NCBI GenBank assembly: GCA_043228905.1
Contig: JBHGNT010000003.1
Coordinates: 434,001 to 498,000, forward strand
Origin: Azolla caroliniana
Taxonomy: Eukaryota > Plantae > Polypodiophyta
Length of the DNA: 64,000 nt
Reading direction: 5' to 3'
In this document: piece by piece, positions 11,351 to 24,755 of the stretch
How the letters are laid out: every line of letters starts with the position of its first letter
Numbering within the stretch: position 1 is the first letter of the stretch
Made by a program: the position numbers and the translations under genes
Notes under the pieces: model-generated
Database searches by the model: none
Told to the model about the DNA's origin: nothing
Seen by the model: only the letters and a program-made list of their open reading frames with translations

Positions 11351-12849
11351 TTAATCTCGTATGTAGTGACACGCATTTGCAAACACCAAGCATTAGCTAG
11401 GTTGAGAGTTGGAATAAAGTGAAAATAGATCTTAAAAACATTTGGCTAGTGAGGAAGATTGATGAATAAATTGCTTCATTAGATCTCATGAGAAATTTCT
11501 TCCCTGACCATTCCTTTGATCATGTTCTTTATTACATGATCTATCAGAAAATTATCACATGAAGGACAATACATACATACAATCATTGACTATTACATTA
11601 GTAGCACCTTTCCAACACAACTCAAAGACGCTATGTGAGAAAGTCACCGTGCAAAAAAGCACATGATGAGATGACACAAGCAAACCCAATAAAAACAAGA
11701 CCTCGTAGAAGACAAATCAACTTCAAAAGAACATTGACATTCACATACATAGAGAGCATCCTGTAAGGATTAACTCTACAGAACATGCGAGATAAACAAC
11801 ATGATTATCATCACCTCCAAATAGAGACGACCAAATTCCTATAGTAAGAGCTTTGTAAGGAGAAGGTACTAAACAAGCATATCACATCCACCATTACGTT
11901 TGCATTACAGGATCAATGCTTCTGAGCTCTGAAACGCACAGCAGTTTTAACTACTACCAATTTTCACCCATTGCATGCATAGTTATGGGCGCAAACGGGG
12001 GACCACATAACAAGGCTCTCACAGGTTTCTCAACAAATCAGTCCTATTCCTGATACAATGCAACATTTAACACAAATCCTCTACAAATTAAAGGAAGATA
12101 GATTAGTCTTATTACATATCCAGAAACAAAATTTTCCTCGACAAATAGCTGCTTTGCTTAAAATGAGATCCTTACTTTGTCAATATAAGAAAAGGTTCAG
12201 CCAGAACATTCTAGAGAAATATCTACAAACATACATATAGACAAACAAGACCTTATGTGCATATCACTGGGAGATGCATTCACTACCTCTTATTTGTGAA
12301 TGTACTGCTATGCAGGAATACTCAAATAAACAGGCATATTTCTTTTTAAAGTAAAAACATCTCCAGTTATGTTTTGATTAAAAATGAAAAGATGTGACCA
12401 TTTTTATAAAAAAAACAAGTTATTTTTTATAAGAAAAAAGCAAAACTATTTTGTCATTGTGAGTTATAAATCTTTACAATAGCTTTTCATACTAGGCTCT
12501 CAAAACAATCTACTTGCCTCTTTAGAGACAGAAAAGAGGAAGTGCTAATATTAAACCCACATAAAGGAACACCGCCCAGAAACCATTCACCATTCACAAT
12601 AGTGTTTTGGAGAAGTTAGCAACACTTGTTGTTTACTACCTAAAAGGAGAGCCACCATAAGGGAAGAGGGGATGTTTCCTTGGTGGTTCAAGCCATTGCT
12701 CAGCACATCATCAGCAAGAAGTTCAATTTCCATCCCCTCCCCTTGGCTAGCAATCAACCCCCACTTAAGAGAAACAAAACCAAAAAGAATTGACATCTGT
12801 CGCATAGTATAAAGAGAAATTCCCTAGAAAATTAGAAACTACCTATAGC

Positions 12850-15800
12850 TTAGTTCCCTTCCTCTTCAGAAGCTTTCAAATAAGATGTTTCAGCGTCATG
12901 TCCCGAACCATTACCACCTTGTGTGCCATGGGCAGCTTCTGCACTCAGCATATCTGACTTGAAACCCCCACTCAAACCCCTACTTACTGATGGTGTACCA
13001 GAATTACCTGTTGGGTGTCCGCGAACAAAGTCAGGAAAACCACCCATCCCTTGTTCAGATGCCATGCCCCCAAGAGAGCTACTACCTCCCATGTTCATTC
13101 CATGTTGCCCTTGCATTGCTTGCTGCTGCTGCTGCTGCTGCTGCTGGTGTAGCATTGGATATGACTGTTGAGGATATGGAGCCGGGTTCCTTGCCGCCAT
13201 GAAGGACTGCTGTGCTGCCATCTGTTGCTGAGCTTGCTGATGTGCCATGTAATGCATCCCTGGCTGTTGCATCATTGCTGCTTGAGGAACCTAGTAAAAT
13301 GAAAAAGATGTTTGGTATCTTTAAAAGCCCAAAATGACATCTGAACCAAATACATAAAGTTCCCCAGTGTGATCTGGTAAAATGTCCAATAACAAGAAAA
13401 ATAGCAAAAAGTCAGTGTAGTGTGCCTAATGGAAATGGGATAATATTTTGGAAATGCATGGATTCATTCAAGGAAATCTCTTTCAATTGAAGTTACAACC
13501 TGTAAGGAAAAGAAAAAAAACAAATTCAACGTACTTGTGCGGATGGTTGTTGAGGCTGTGAATCTGCAATTGCAGCTAAATACATGAGATTTGCTTGTAA
13601 CTTTGCTTGATAGCTGCATGTGACGAAATGACGCACTAGTCTCATTGAATAATAAGGTAAATTCTAATAATAAGATGAAGATATCGGAAATGCTTCACAG
13701 AATATCATACTGTCTACTACATTGCAAACCACAGGTGCTTGGTACACATACAACACATGGTTAATCCACCATATCCATAGAAAAGTGGCAATGAGTCCTT
13801 GACTGTATTCATCATCTACTCACAAAATAAAACAAGACCTAGTAATGACTCCCCTAAAGAAGGCTGCATGTGAACACTTACGCTGCGCATTCGTTTAATT
13901 TACCAAGGTTTTGATTGTCCAGTATAGCCAAAATCAGCTGTTTGTTCTCGTCCAGATACTACAATAAAGACAAGGCGAAAGCATACTGTCAATATGCACT
14001 TCCTGAAGACAAAATAATTATAATTTCTCAAAATGATTTATTCACAAATTACACCTCCATGTTACAGATGTTTCTGTGCTAGAATTACATTCTAACATCT
14101 AAGATTTCTATCTTGGTTACCTATGAAGACATCATTCATAAAACCCAAAGTCAAAGTTGATCAATTCCATCCACAGTATTCAAAATAATGTATGGACCTT
14201 TATTACATAAATTTGATCAATTGTTCAACTAATGGTAACTTCCAACCTGAGAACGGTTACTGGGTTGCCCTTCTCAAATACACAATTCTAAGCATTCTTC
14301 ATTACCATATGCTAATATTACAATCATTCTAAAAATTGACGGGAAGGGAAGATTGCATAACCAAAACCTCAAATGCGGGTTTAAAAATGGCACAGATAGC
14401 AGGAAACCATACCCAGTTGAAAATTCAAAAGAGAATATAGAAAATGCGGTAGCCTAATAATGATGATCCAAACAATTTACATACAACAATTTGATAAACC
14501 CATCTACAAAGAGAAGCAAAATCAGCTAATGCACTCATAAACCATGATGCCTGTGTTCATTCATGAAGCTTTTTATGTTCATAGATTTTCCAGAAGGCAT
14601 TCGCTATATTATATAATCTCAATAACAGGTTGGATGAAACAAAAAAATTGGGGTACTAAAGGAGTGATTATACTAAAAAATATCCGGTTTTATAAGGCAT
14701 ATGGAAGCAACAAGGTCCAATTAATGCATTATTTGTCACCTCATATAGAACATGATAGATAGTGGTCAATGAAGAGACCCTTGGTCTCTATGCTTGAGAA
14801 ATCTTCACTTGCAAATCATTGATGCCTCTTGTTGTTATCCTCAAATGCATTGACATTTTTTTGAGGAAAGTGTGACTGTGTATGATCTTAAAATAAACGC
14901 ATGAATGAATGTTTTAATACCTTAATTTCATAAAGCATAAGCTTTAGTACTACTACAACCATCATATTTAAACATTTAAACTCGAAGGGCAACTTTTTTG
15001 GGACATATAAAGGCAATGCTCGCACAATGTGCTTTATCAGGTACTGTCCTATTTCATCCTGAAATATAGCCTTTACAATCAGTTTTCAAACTAGGTTCCT
15101 TGAATAAAAGACTGACAATGCTAAAAAGTGGGATATGATCTTTTTCACCAGTTTATGTACTATGCCTCTTCATTAAGGACATTTTCCCCTTAACTCTCCT
15201 TATGAAGTCCTTGTGCCAGTAACATTGTATTCTGCCCCTGCCGACAATGTCACTACTGCTCTACATGAAAGAAAATAAGTCCTTGAAGATGTAGCATACA
15301 TGTCACAAAACCATTACTGAATAGCACTCAATGTGGCACTTCTTAGAAATTAGGATTCTATTCAGTATTCACGAAAAGTGCTCTCATTCGCTAAACCATA
15401 GATTGAATCTTTCAAACTTGTTGGTTGGAATACCTATAAAATGTCCAATACAATTCTATAATTTGGTGTGCTAAAAACAAGTATAATTGTAGGATTTCTT
15501 CAAAGAAACCGATTACTTTGGGAGAACGGGAGCCTCATTCACTAAAACTTCAATAGATTTTGACACTTGCTCATAGCAAATGGAACAAAACTGATAAAAA
15601 AAATACTAAAACACCCATCAAGTTTTGGGATTGCAAAAGTAAAGAGAACCAAATTCAATAAAACCCCATGATTTCTGTGCTACATTCCTAACAAATTAGT
15701 AGTGACGTCTCATCAAGACCTTTTATTTCAGGAGAAAGATGCCCTGATTCACTAAAAATAATTGTTGAGTTTTTCAACTTTTTCACTGTAAGGGAAACAA

Positions 15801-16381
15801 ATTTCTGATAGAAATACATCTTTTTTTTTGTCAAATTATTATATATTTAAAGTATGCTCTCGCAGTGAGCTATCATTATGTCAGGAAAAATGTGCCATCT
15901 TTCACTAAAACACCCATTGACTTTTTTAATTCTTGTTTGTAAATGGAAGAAAATCCAATAGAGATATAAGGTAATATTCATAGCTAAATATCTATAAATT
16001 TGGTACGTCCTTCCCTATAAAATGAACGATTTGGGCCAATTAGTAAAAGTAGTTTTGTGAGCACGGCTCCAACTTCTCTCTCAATAGAAACACATAAACG
16101 GATAGATTAAAACGATACTGCAACGAACAGATATCCCATATATAATAAACATGAAACTTGTATGTCCTCTTTAATAGTTAATCTAGGGTTTCAAAAAAAA
16201 ACAAAAACAAAAAAGGCTTCATTTTATTCCAGCAAAGATCTCCACTTGGAACGACATATATGAGCATAAGAAAGGGGGGAAGCAAAATGGAAAGAACGTG
16301 AAATACCTTCTGAATCAGCTCTGTCGTAACGTTGTGGGCGGGATAAGCACCCCCCATGTGAGCTTGCATGGGGTGCTGCAT
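12850..16381 (-). CDS. GIF: GRF-interacting factor (GIF/AN3, SSXT domain), 223 aa. Exons 16307-16381, 13882-13958, 13535-13613, 12850-13290
   Basis: TTELIQK/YLDENKQLILAILDNQNLGKLNECAA/YQAKLQANLMYLAAIADSQP (SNH domain), QG-rich tail ending YLKASEEEGN; GT-AG introns in consistent phase. Confidence 0.95.
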
Positions 16382-16688
16382 CGCAGAAAGACAAAAGGCA
16401 AAAGGCAGAAAACAGAAAGCAAAAGGCAAAAGTTCCCTTAATTTCTGTCTGCGCGTGAGTGGGCTTCTGTTGAGTGAGTCTTCAGCTTAACCAAGAAAAA
16501 AGGGGGAAAGGAAGGGAGGGGGGGGGGGGGGGGGGGGGGGGAGGAGGGAGAGAGAAAAACAGAGGTCACGGGAACGATACTCTCTCTCTCTCTCTCTCTC
16601 CTAACTTCAATCAAATCAAAAGAGAGCAAAGCATGGTTTTTGAATAGCCATCAGATTTTGTCCCTAGCAAGCAAAGCTATGGTTCATG

Positions 16689-16727
<39 letters not shown>

Positions 16728-19567
16728 ACAACACGCCTATAGGAGAGTGTGGGGGTTCATTCTCGGACGAAACCTAGTGGACCTGCCTTCAATCATTCAC
16801 TCACGCACACACATGAGTAATTCCATATTCATATGGCATAACAAAATCATCGGTCGCCTTGGATTGGGGCGGATTGCATGCAACGAAATCGTAACACTTT
16901 TCTTGGACTCGAAAGTTGTGCTCGAATCGCACCTTTAAAGCATTGGTCCAACATACTGTCTTTGGGAGCACGTTTAGGTCTGGCTCATATTGAATGCTCG
17001 GGCAAAGACCCATGAACAAAATGCATTGATCATAGAAAGAAAAAGTGTGTTGTAGCAAGAATTTAGAAAACACCTTCAAACTAATATATTCGAGCAAACA
17101 CATACAACCGAATATAAACGAAACCAATCAATAGCTTTGAGATTTTCCATTTCAAATCGACCCACGTGGGCATACGGCCCTGAGGATAACATGCGAGTCA
17201 ATGGCGTAAATGTTTGTCAATTGCATATTCCATGTACATCGTTGTTAACTAGCAAACCAAAAACAACAAGCTATCAAAGGTTAACATACAAAACATTATG
17301 CAATTGAGTTATAATTCAGTAGTATTTATTGTAGTCTCATAAAATCTATAACCTTTCCTTGCCCACAAGTTATTCCAAGTCAAGCTTACTTATTTATTGT
17401 ACTTGTCATAAGCATGCCATTTTTTGTGATTTACATCAAGTCACTTATCACTTTTGTGATGATAGGATGTGTGTAAAATAGGATATTATCAGTAAACTAG
17501 CTACAATATCAAGTAGAAAAGTGGAGTACCCACTCTAGTACTGAACCACAAGTTGAATAGTCAACTAAGTTGTTTGGATAATAAAAGTGTGAGCAATCTT
17601 GGTGGGGAAGTATAATACGGTGACAATACAATATAAAGTAATTTGTTCGTAGAGTGAACTATTCCCCAGTCTTATATATTGTTCAATGTTGAGCTCAATA
17701 GTGAAGTGTACTTTGAGTAGTGCACTAAGGTGTTCCTCACAAGAAAGCATCATAAGTAACAATTAAATTGTGAAGCTTTTTTCGAACTAAGCGTGCCAAA
17801 TGACCAAACCCTTATAAGCGGGGTATATATATATATTATACATATAATAAGGCATTTGTGAGTGTAAAAGCATTGCCTTTATACATTTATTATATAAGAG
17901 ATGTGAAAGGTCCCGACTCCCTACCAATTCAGTCTAACACATATTATTAACATTGCCTTTATGAGGTGTTGCTATCACTTCTAAACATTGGGTTGTGGCA
18001 ACTCATACACAAAGCTATTGTTTCAGGATAGTAATATCTTATGGGAAGTTTGAATGGTTTAAAACTTTGCCGTCTTTCAACATGATATATTTATGAATAT
18101 TTATGTCTTTGGTAGTAAGTTCCTCGAACTTTGTAGTTGTCCTAGCAATAAAATCTTCAATATCGCAATCATGAATGTCAAAACAATTGAATGAAGCTCT
18201 CTTTATATTCTCCTTTAACTTGGTTTGTTACTTTTGTTACTTCTCTCACTCAATATCACGCTAATGAATGTCAAAACGTTTGAATGAAGCCCTCTTCATA
18301 TTCCCCCCTTCACTTTTGTTCTCTACTTTGCTCCTTGGTTACTCCTCTCACTCTTAAAATAATGTACAAAAAGATATGCAAGTCAAGTACAATGGCCTAA
18401 ATCTTGAATACAACTTATGGTTATTTCAGGCCAAAAAACATAGGGTCTAATCGTGTTCATGATCTCAATATGCTTAATCCTGGAATATAGTGATGCCAAG
18501 ATTGTTTGCTTAACAAAGGTATCAACTACCTACCACACATACCATTTGGGGTCAAGCATTCATGTGGAAATCTCGACTTCTCACTAACATGAACATATAT
18601 TGAACTACAAGGTAACTCCTTTTGTTGTGGGCCTAGTTCCAAGAGTACATTTTTCATTGCGAGCGAAAGCACCTTGAAATAAATTCAATATACCCTGTCT
18701 ACGTTTAACTAACGTAATAGATGAACTCCTAATCAACAAAGCATCTTGAAATCAATATAATCTAGCATTATCCTACATTGGCCTAAATTTCAATTTCCTA
18801 GGTTTTCTCCTTGTTCAATACTTGTCATCATTTCATTGGCATGTGTATTGGCTTCAATATGAGGAAATAATGTAACGGAAGAGAGACAAAATGTAGAAGT
18901 TATCAAAGGGTGTTGTGTCCCCGTAATGTAAAAGGAGAGGAAGACAAAAAAACACGTAAAATGTCAAGATACGTAAAGGTTAAATGATAAGCTCCTCTAA
19001 AGTCTTATTGATTTTCCAACTTTTAAGGTAGAGGTATTGCTCTCTAATCTCTTTTTTCCTCGTCTATATAAAGCAAAGTGCAAGAGGCTTACAACAACAA
19101 AGGCAATGTGTTGTCGATTGAAACTTGTGACTCCTACTTCTAGAAAACTCCTCCATACTTTCCCCCCCCCTCTTTCCTTAATATTGATCTTGCCCACCCC
19201 ATGCAACGAGGTTGACAATTGTAACCCTCAACTATATCTTGATATCAATCTTCAAAGATTTGCCGTAATATGTTGAGAATTAAATTCAATGTATTAGACG
19301 AAAGATTCGTAATTGAGTGTCTTGTTATTCTCGATTGAACGAGAACTGACACAAAATTTTCAATTCGAAAATCCAAGAAATATGGGGATTTCATCTACAC
19401 ACGATATCGTGTCGGTTACACAAGAGTCATAATTTGGTTCCATACATTTGAGTGCTCGGGTCTCGCCATTGTCTTGAGGATGCCGTGAGGTTCATGTCAA
19501 ACTTACTGGATCACACTTCGGAATTCCGTTGACGAAGTTGTTACAGGAAAAGAAAAAAGAATGTATC

Positions 19568-19643
19568 AAAAAATGGCAGGAGGAGTCGAACCCACAGCCG
19601 GATTCCGAGATGTCCGGCGCCCGACCAACAGAGCAATGAACAG
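19568..19643 (-). other. tRNA-derived/SINE-head-like element with T6 terminator
   Basis: D-arm GCTC/GGGC, stem CCGGA/TCCGG with a 10-nt loop, GGGTTCGACTCC B-box, then TTTTTT. No acceptor stem. Confidence 0.5.
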
Positions 19644-21052
19644 AATTTTCGTTGGAAAAGGCTTTGATGCAAAAAAAAGTTTGAGAAAACCTTGGGTCGG
19701 CTGATTGAATGAATCCATCCATCCATCCATCCATCCATCCCCCCAAAACCCAAAAATAAAGAGAAGGTTTTCAGGAGAGAGTCAGGTAAAGGAAGGGCGT
19801 CGTGGAGAGATAGATTCTGAGGAAGGAAGGCCTCAGACCGCCCTGCGAGCAGCTGGCGAAGAGGAGGAAAGGAAGAGACGGCTGTTCATGTTGCTGCTGC
19901 CTGCTCCTGTCACAGTTCACTGTGGCTCTGCAGACTACTGCGTCTACGCCGAGCCACAGCTTCGTGGGGGGGGGGGGCTCGAACCTACTAGGCTTCGTTT
20001 GTTACATACATTAACATACATACATCAAAGACATACAGTACATACTCAAATGGTACTCTATACATACACTGTACATACAAATACCTAATGTGGATAATAC
20101 ATTAGTTTTTGCCATTTCAAATTAACGTACTCTCAAGGGTTTCTCTGTCACTCTACATTCTCAAAAAAAGGGAAATCCCAAGTGGTCCCACACATTTTAC
20201 ATGGATTTACATGGAACATCCATCACTCATCTTCAACTCTTTGTCAAGGACCACCATCTTATCTGATTCAAGCTCCCGATGATCTTGTTCCGCTCTCACA
20301 TGCATGACAACGATGGGTTATGTGATTGTATGCTCCATTGTTTCTAAAGTTCAACGATATATGTAGTTCTTTGAACACACTCCTCTACTCATCAACGAAA
20401 ATCCACATTTCAACTTGTTTCATCACTACTCCCACTCACAATCTCCAACATCACAACATGTCAACAACCATCATTGGACACCAAACATCTTGTAACATCT
20501 TTTGATATTCTTACCAAACGCTTACTTCTTACTTGGATATTCTTCTTGAGAACCACTTCGAGGTTGGTGTGTAGGGATGTACATTGTCTGTCCTTTTGTG
20601 GGCAAGACAAGTGAGAGCAAGTATCAATACCTCTCGAAGTACTAACACATAACCTAACCTAATTGCTCGAATAAGCTCTAAACTCAACTTATACCTTAAC
20701 CAAACATGCGGGGCGAAAACTTTTGCGCAAACATGCAGAGATTTTACCACATTTCCCATGAACTTGATAGAAGAAAGAAGGATCAAGATTTCACCAACTC
20801 GATTAAGTTTCCATTAGTCCACGCTTAGGTAATTACAAGCTAGTGAGGATGTAATGACTAGGCTATTAACTTACAATTAAGAGAATGATATAGAGAGAGA
20901 TAGGCTTTGGCGTTTGCTCTAGGTAGTATATTTGAATGATGAAACCCATGTACAAGGTTTATAGTTTTACCATATACTTCCTTTTTATTTAACTAGATTA
21001 AAGTTACATCCCAACTTTAACAATGGGTAAAGTGTAGATGTTTACAAATATG

Positions 21053-21095
<43 letters not shown>

Positions 21096-22664
21096 CCGTG
21101 GCAGCCTCACACTATGACATCAAATCATAAAATTCAGAGAACCAAAGTTTGATCCTCACAATGGGGTAACCTTGTGTCATAGAGCACCATTGGTCTTCAT
21201 GGATTTAAAAAAGATACTTGTATACCTTGGGAGGGGCTCACTATAAAAAACTACATTTACTTCACGAGGTTGAAGATGAAGAGCATCTCATGCTATGATG
21301 TGCAGAATTCCCAGCCATCCATCAACAAATCCTACAATTAATTAATGCATGCACTAATCTAACAAAACTTGTTCAAGTTGGACATACCAAGTCCCACCTC
21401 TTAGGCACACATTTATGATTATTACGTAAACATAGAAACGACATTAAGGATATGCATGAGCCATGTGTGGTGACACCATTTGCACAAATAGAGGAGACTA
21501 TTGTGTATCACTCATTTTGAGCCCCATGCACCATAGGTCATGTTCATAGACTTTTGTGATTTAATATCACCATCATCAACTCTTGTAGATTACATGCACT
21601 TGTAGTTGTACAAATGGCAGCTTCAAAACACTATAGAAGTGATGAAGGAAGCAAACGAATTCTATAGATAACTCTATAATATTTTGTCTCTTTATACATT
21701 TTCCAACTGGCAAATAAAATGTTATGGACAAACATTTCATAGGCATCTACTTGTATAGACTATCAAAATGAACTTGTGAATCTACTAGAATAATCATAGA
21801 TATTTCTATAAGCTTTTGTTTTACTGTACATATTTCATAATGATAAGCCAAAATTTCGACAACACTACCAACACGAACTTATGGATCTTGTGGATCTGTT
21901 ATATAGAATAACGCGTGATGGTAGCTTTATATAACCACAAAAGTTACATCAAAACACAAAATAATGGAGCTATATTGAATTTTCATGTGTTAGATGGTCC
22001 TTTATTGTGACCTGTCATAGTTCATGAAAATTTATGTTCTTTCTTATTCTCTAAATTTTATTGTTAGCACATTTAGTATTCTTACTATTTGTCTCTTCAT
22101 GTACAAGGGAAGATGCATATATATGTAATGAATATTGTTTTATGCATACATATATAGGCATCTTCTAAGATCCCTATATATGTGATGAATATGATCCATT
22201 TTGTTTTATCTATTTTTTACCTATTGAGTCCTTATGTAATATGGAGTATATTGTGTTTACTAGCTAGGATCCCCCAAGTGTGTGGGTGTTCGATGCCAAA
22301 AAACGAAATATATGACTATGGATACATATCCATCTATTCTTGTTTCTTATTAGCAATTTCTACATGTAATAATCTCTTTGTTTCTTTTATCGTAATTACC
22401 TTACCCTAGTTGTAAGTTGTTATTAGCACTACATGTTGGGTTCAAGACCCAAATTTCTCACCTCTTTACTACTCCATAGATATCTCTTATTTCACTAGAT
22501 GCATGCCTGTGGTATGTAGCTGTTGAAGCCATGACCACCTGGTCTCCATTTGACAATTCTTACTTGCACATTCGTGTGTTTGTTCTTGTAGCAAAAAAAA
22601 TGGTGGGTGGAAGTGAAAATGCATGCAAAGGGTCAATAGAGAGATGGGTATGGAAGACAAAACA

Positions 22665-23078
22665 GCCTACAAGGGCAATTAGATGAGGTTTGCAACCACT
22701 CCAATGACGTGGCCACTACCCGGTTGCGCTTTTGGCAGAAATGGCGGAACACGCCTTTGGTGACGCTAGGAGAAAGTGGACCGAGGTGGAACTACCAGCC
22801 CCCACGATGGTTATTTCCTTCTTTCACGCCTCCCTCCCTTCGATGTAGGCCCCGGGAGTCGGCTCATTCTGGCCGACACTAAAGGTCACTGCTTTTAGGT
22901 ATAGGTATCTACTTACTTTAGGTAGTTGGTTTGAAAAACTATGTAAGTAGTCTCATTTTCTTGATCTTGATCTGAGGGAGATTCCCTGTTTTGTGTATAA
23001 GCTTCCTTGTATAGTCTCCTTGTAATAATCCTTCCTAACTAATGGGAAAGTAGCTTTATTTTGGAAAAAAAAAAAAAA
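22665..23078 (+). mobile_element. 5'-truncated L1-type LINE (ORF2 C-terminus, 3' UTR, poly-A)
   Basis: Frame LQGQLDEVCNHSNDVATTRLRFWQKWRNTPLVTLGESGPRWNYQPPRWLFP resembles plant L1 ORF2 tails. A14 tail at 23065-23078; possible AAAACA TSD at 22659 and 23075. Confidence 0.65.
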
Positions 23079-24755
23079 CAAGGCATTCTAGAAGAGGGAA
23101 ATAATTATTAATGAGTAGGGGAAAACTTTAGATGGGGAGTAAATATAATAGAGTATTGGTGAGAAGAGGGACGTATCCCATTAGATAGTACTAAGAAACA
23201 CTTGTCATGCAAAAAAGACTTTCACAACAAATTTATGGGAATGAAAAACATACAAACACACCACCAATGTTCCAATGTTTTTTTTTGTTGTTGTTGTGTG
23301 GGGGGGGGGGGGGGGTGCATTGTTGAATGATATAAGACGATAATGGTTTGAGTTGTTTCAAGGTTATCATAATTTTTTGCTCATAAACCCAAGGATAACA
23401 AGGACAATTTAAAGTACATATTGGTTATTACATGCTTCAATTAGAGGGAACATGGTCATCCATTGAGGTTTAGGTTGAAAAATCACCATTTGCACAACCC
23501 TCTCTTCTCTAATTTGTCTATGATACTATGCTTGTTGAGTTTACATTAGAAATTTTAACAAGCTAAAACAAAACATTTGCAAGCTACTCATTCCTTTTGC
23601 TTTACTAGTGATGATTAATACATGCACCTTATTTGTAAAATCTAACGAGGCAGAGAAGAAAATGGAAGCATGATTGTCACGAGCTAACGTTCTCAAGTAC
23701 CCCAAGAACTCTAAAATGGAGGAGAGGGAATAAATCGAGGGTATAATTGTCAAACAACACATATCATTTCATTCAACAAAAAGTATGATTGACCGGATAT
23801 TTGCATAGAAGCACATGCATTTGACAGAATTAAAAGGCTCAAATAACACATACAACTAAATAAAGGGGGATGGATTCACCATCGTTTGCTCAAATAACAT
23901 TTATGATCTCTCTATTGGATAGAGCCAATGGGCACCACCATTTGCTCATAACCTAACTTCTTTATTGGTTGATGTTGAAGGGCATTTTAGATTGAGCAAA
24001 TTGAAATAAGTGCATCTTAAGACAATAAAGAAAAATTGTGTATTTCATCCCAACAAGCAATATCTAGCATCCAAAGGACATTGCACCACTAAATAGTTCT
24101 CTCACAATCAAATCATCACATAATGTCTTAAAACTCCCAACGTCATCAAGTTGTCACCGGTCATTAAAAACACTATATGCACAATATTTCATGATTGAAT
24201 CAACATGTATTCGTCCTAACACTCCACTCCAATCAAGTTGTCCCAATTTGGTTAAAAACCGAATGTATTAAAAATAATAAAACATTGATAAAAGGAAGCA
24301 AATAGCAAGAACCAAGAACAATACACAAAATCTTGGATGTTGAAAAGGGAAAGTCGAGTGCGAGAAAACTATGAGCAAGTCACTTGAAAACGTTGACTTA
24401 ACATCCAATGGAAAAACCATTTGCAAGATGTCCAAAAACTATGTGCAAGTTACTTGAAAATGTTGACTAACATCTAAAGGGAAAACCAATTGCAAGATAC
24501 CCTCATGTCTGCGAGCAAAAGTAAGTTATTCGATCTTTTAGCGAGTTACAATTGACATAAAGGTAAAGCCAACAAAACAAAAGAGAACTACTTCCAAGCC
24601 CCACCCAAGTATTACATTAGTGTGTATACATACATACATACATATATATAGATATAGACAAAACGTGCCCCTAAGTGAAACACAATTACATGTCAACATT
24701 ATTTGCCCATAAGACTTGAGGAAAAACCATGAAAGGAAAAGATGTTTTAGTTTTA

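Noticed and set aside
17500-19270. Possible solo LTRs and a ~92-bp duplication at 18170-18350
   Set aside because: No TG..CA boundaries with a TSD could be established.
20250-20930. Copia integrase relic (HPYTPTSK)
   Set aside because: Similarity to the PYTPQQNG motif is too weak to call or delimit.
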